Shown here: positions 62,040 to 64,000 of the stretch, piece after piece | Layout of the letters: every line of letters begins with the position of its first letter | Numbering within the stretch: position 1 is the stretch's first letter | Source: Marsupella aquatica | Taxonomy: Eukaryota > Plantae > Marchantiophyta | Length of the DNA stretch: 64,000 bases | Direction of reading: 5' to 3' | Assembly: GCA_973895155.1 (NCBI GenBank) | Contig: OZ316891.1 | Span: 1,603,324-1,667,323 of the forward strand | Program-made: the position numbers and the translations under genes | Notes under the pieces: generated by a model | Database searches by the model: none | Seen by the model: the letters and a program-made list of their open reading frames with translations, nothing else | What the model was told of the DNA's origin: nothing

Positions 62040-64000
62040 TCCTCACGTTTTGAGCCAGTCATGCAGGAATAACAAGGAGGTATGGAGTAGCACAGGAATA
62101 ACAGGTAGGTATGGAGTAGTTTGAATTGATATCAGAGTTGTTTTCTTGCTCGGGGCAAAACAGATCGACGATGCTTTCCACCTCTAACCTCGCCAGTTAT
62201 TACTCCCATTCCGTTGCTCGCCCCATGCACGTTAATGGCCCTTGCAAACGAGCTCCGTGTCGCTGCCGCGCCTGAGGTGAAAAGAACCGTCGATCCTGAG
62301 GCGATCGGGATCACCTCCGCCTTTCTCGTTGCCTCGCTTTCGCTCACAACTCTCCCTCCCTCTCTTCTGTCTGCGTTCCGAACGGGAGGGAAAAGGCGAC
62401 AAAAGGTGGGGGCTACACACTGGAAGAACACTGAAATGTCGCCCAACACGGCATGAGCAAGTTGTCAGTCAGGGCAGCTCCCCTCCAATTGGAAGGACAG
62501 CCCAATCGCAGGAATTGAACCCCTGTCACGACGATAGACCTGTGTCAGATGTGGAGTAAATCGAGCTGCCCAAGTTTCGTTCAATCGTTCTAGTTATCTA
62601 ACGGCAACCTTTACTTACATAGTAGAAGAGAACCGCCAGGTGCGAACTTTGCGATACTATTATACCGAGCTATTATTATTATATTACTGCACACGAGAGT
62701 TGAACATGACAGGAAGTCCCAGACAACCTGTAGCAGCCTGCTACAGTTTTCCTGCTCGTAATTTTGAGAATGATGTCCACAGTATCCCCTGCTCGTCCTT
62801 TGAGAATGATTACTTCCACATCATCCAATTTCCAATGTCCATTCCGCCGCTGAATGATAACCCCACCTCGCCCCGTTTGGCTCCTTCCGGTAGTTCCTCG
62901 GAATCCCAATCCATGTAGGGCCATCAGTCCATCACCTAATCATTAACATCGACTTCCTGAGAACGCTTTGTCCCATTGAGGTTGGTTCAAAATTTCAGAG
63001 AGTTATTCATCAGCTCAGCTCTAAACAGTCTCCATTGCGGGCCATCCTGAGCTCACACACAGTTATCCAACACCGTGTCCGACTCCTAAAGATCTCAGTC
63101 CATGCAATTTTTCATTTCTCCACCGCATTATCGACTCCACCCATAGCTCCACCGCCACTCCCACTCCACAGGTATCCTCTCCAGACTCCACCCGGCACCC
63201 CGACTCAACAGAAGCCGAGCCAGCCGAGTTCACCGACACAGGGAGCATGTGGGCCGTCCGATACTGCAGCACAGCTGTCCCCCGTCGTCCACCCGGGGGG
63301 GCCTGCATGATCGCGGACTTAGATTATTAACCAGGGTGGGAACCACGCTCGTACGGACGTTGGTGCATCGAATGATTTCAATGCGGCCACGTCCTCCCAT
63401 GTTGGGTTCTTCCCAATTCCCATGAAACCCGCTTCGCATGAGACCCGGAAGCTTGTCTGTTGAGCCCACTGCCCCCCCCCACCCACTCCACCTCCACTAG
63501 CTCACTCTACTCCACCACACTCGACAAGTCGCGCCGCACCGGCATTGACCCGATAATCATCCCTTCCATAACCTGGGAGGACCACCTTTGGTGTCCTATC
63601 CTGGCGTCAAAGATTCACGGCGGGGCAGCCCCAAAGGAATTGCTGCAACCCATCATTCTCCTCTTACTAGGATTCCTTTCCACAGCACCTAAAAGGCCGG
63701 AAAACGAATTCATTCCGGACCATGTCCTTCAGGACTCCTTTCCGCCACCCTGGTTGAAAAGGAATTTGCTTCAATCCAGCTCCTCCGAAATTCCTTTCCA
63801 CAGCCCCTAGAGCCCATTCAACCAAGGAATGCTTCAGCTCAATGCAGACTGTCTCCTCGTTACTGCATGCAACCCCCGCCAACTAAAAGGAACGCTTCAA
63901 TCCAGCCCAGCCAGTATTCCATAGCACAGCTGCCTGGCAAGAATCCCCTTTCCAGAGCCTTTGCGGTAAATTCGAAAAGATCCATCTAGGAGAGGAGAGA

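Noticed and set aside
62132-63630. GC-rich ORF cluster suspected to be a gene or LINE ORF1
   Set aside because: Every frame checked is interrupted and no domain signature is visible.

Overview
Eukaryotic nuclear DNA from a non-seed land plant (inferred: a bryophyte that still has organellar C-to-U editing). Six genes are well supported: intronless ABCF4/GCN4 (+), a 7-exon BadF/GlcNAc-kinase-like gene (-), a 3-exon Yae1-domain gene (+), an 11-exon tail-anchored golgin-like coiled-coil gene (-), an intronless bacterial-looking FAD oxidoreductase of the sarcosine-oxidase type (+) and a PLS-E-DYW PPR editing factor (-). The rest is transposon remnants and many short tandem duplications. Two things stand out. 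(1) At 53.8-56.1 kb, an array of 11 units of about 150 bp plus one long-loop outlier, in which a ~90-nt fold-back is conserved (one 24-mer invariant in 8 copies, with compensatory changes) while the linkers diverge; it looks like a polycistronic pre-miRNA cluster. (2) At 1-5 kb, a decayed pogo-like (DD36D) transposon that appears to carry a convergent tandem-BRCT gene; a TA-flanked non-autonomous element with related ends lies at 47.6-49.1 kb. All calls come from reading the sequence by eye; no database search or folding program was run.
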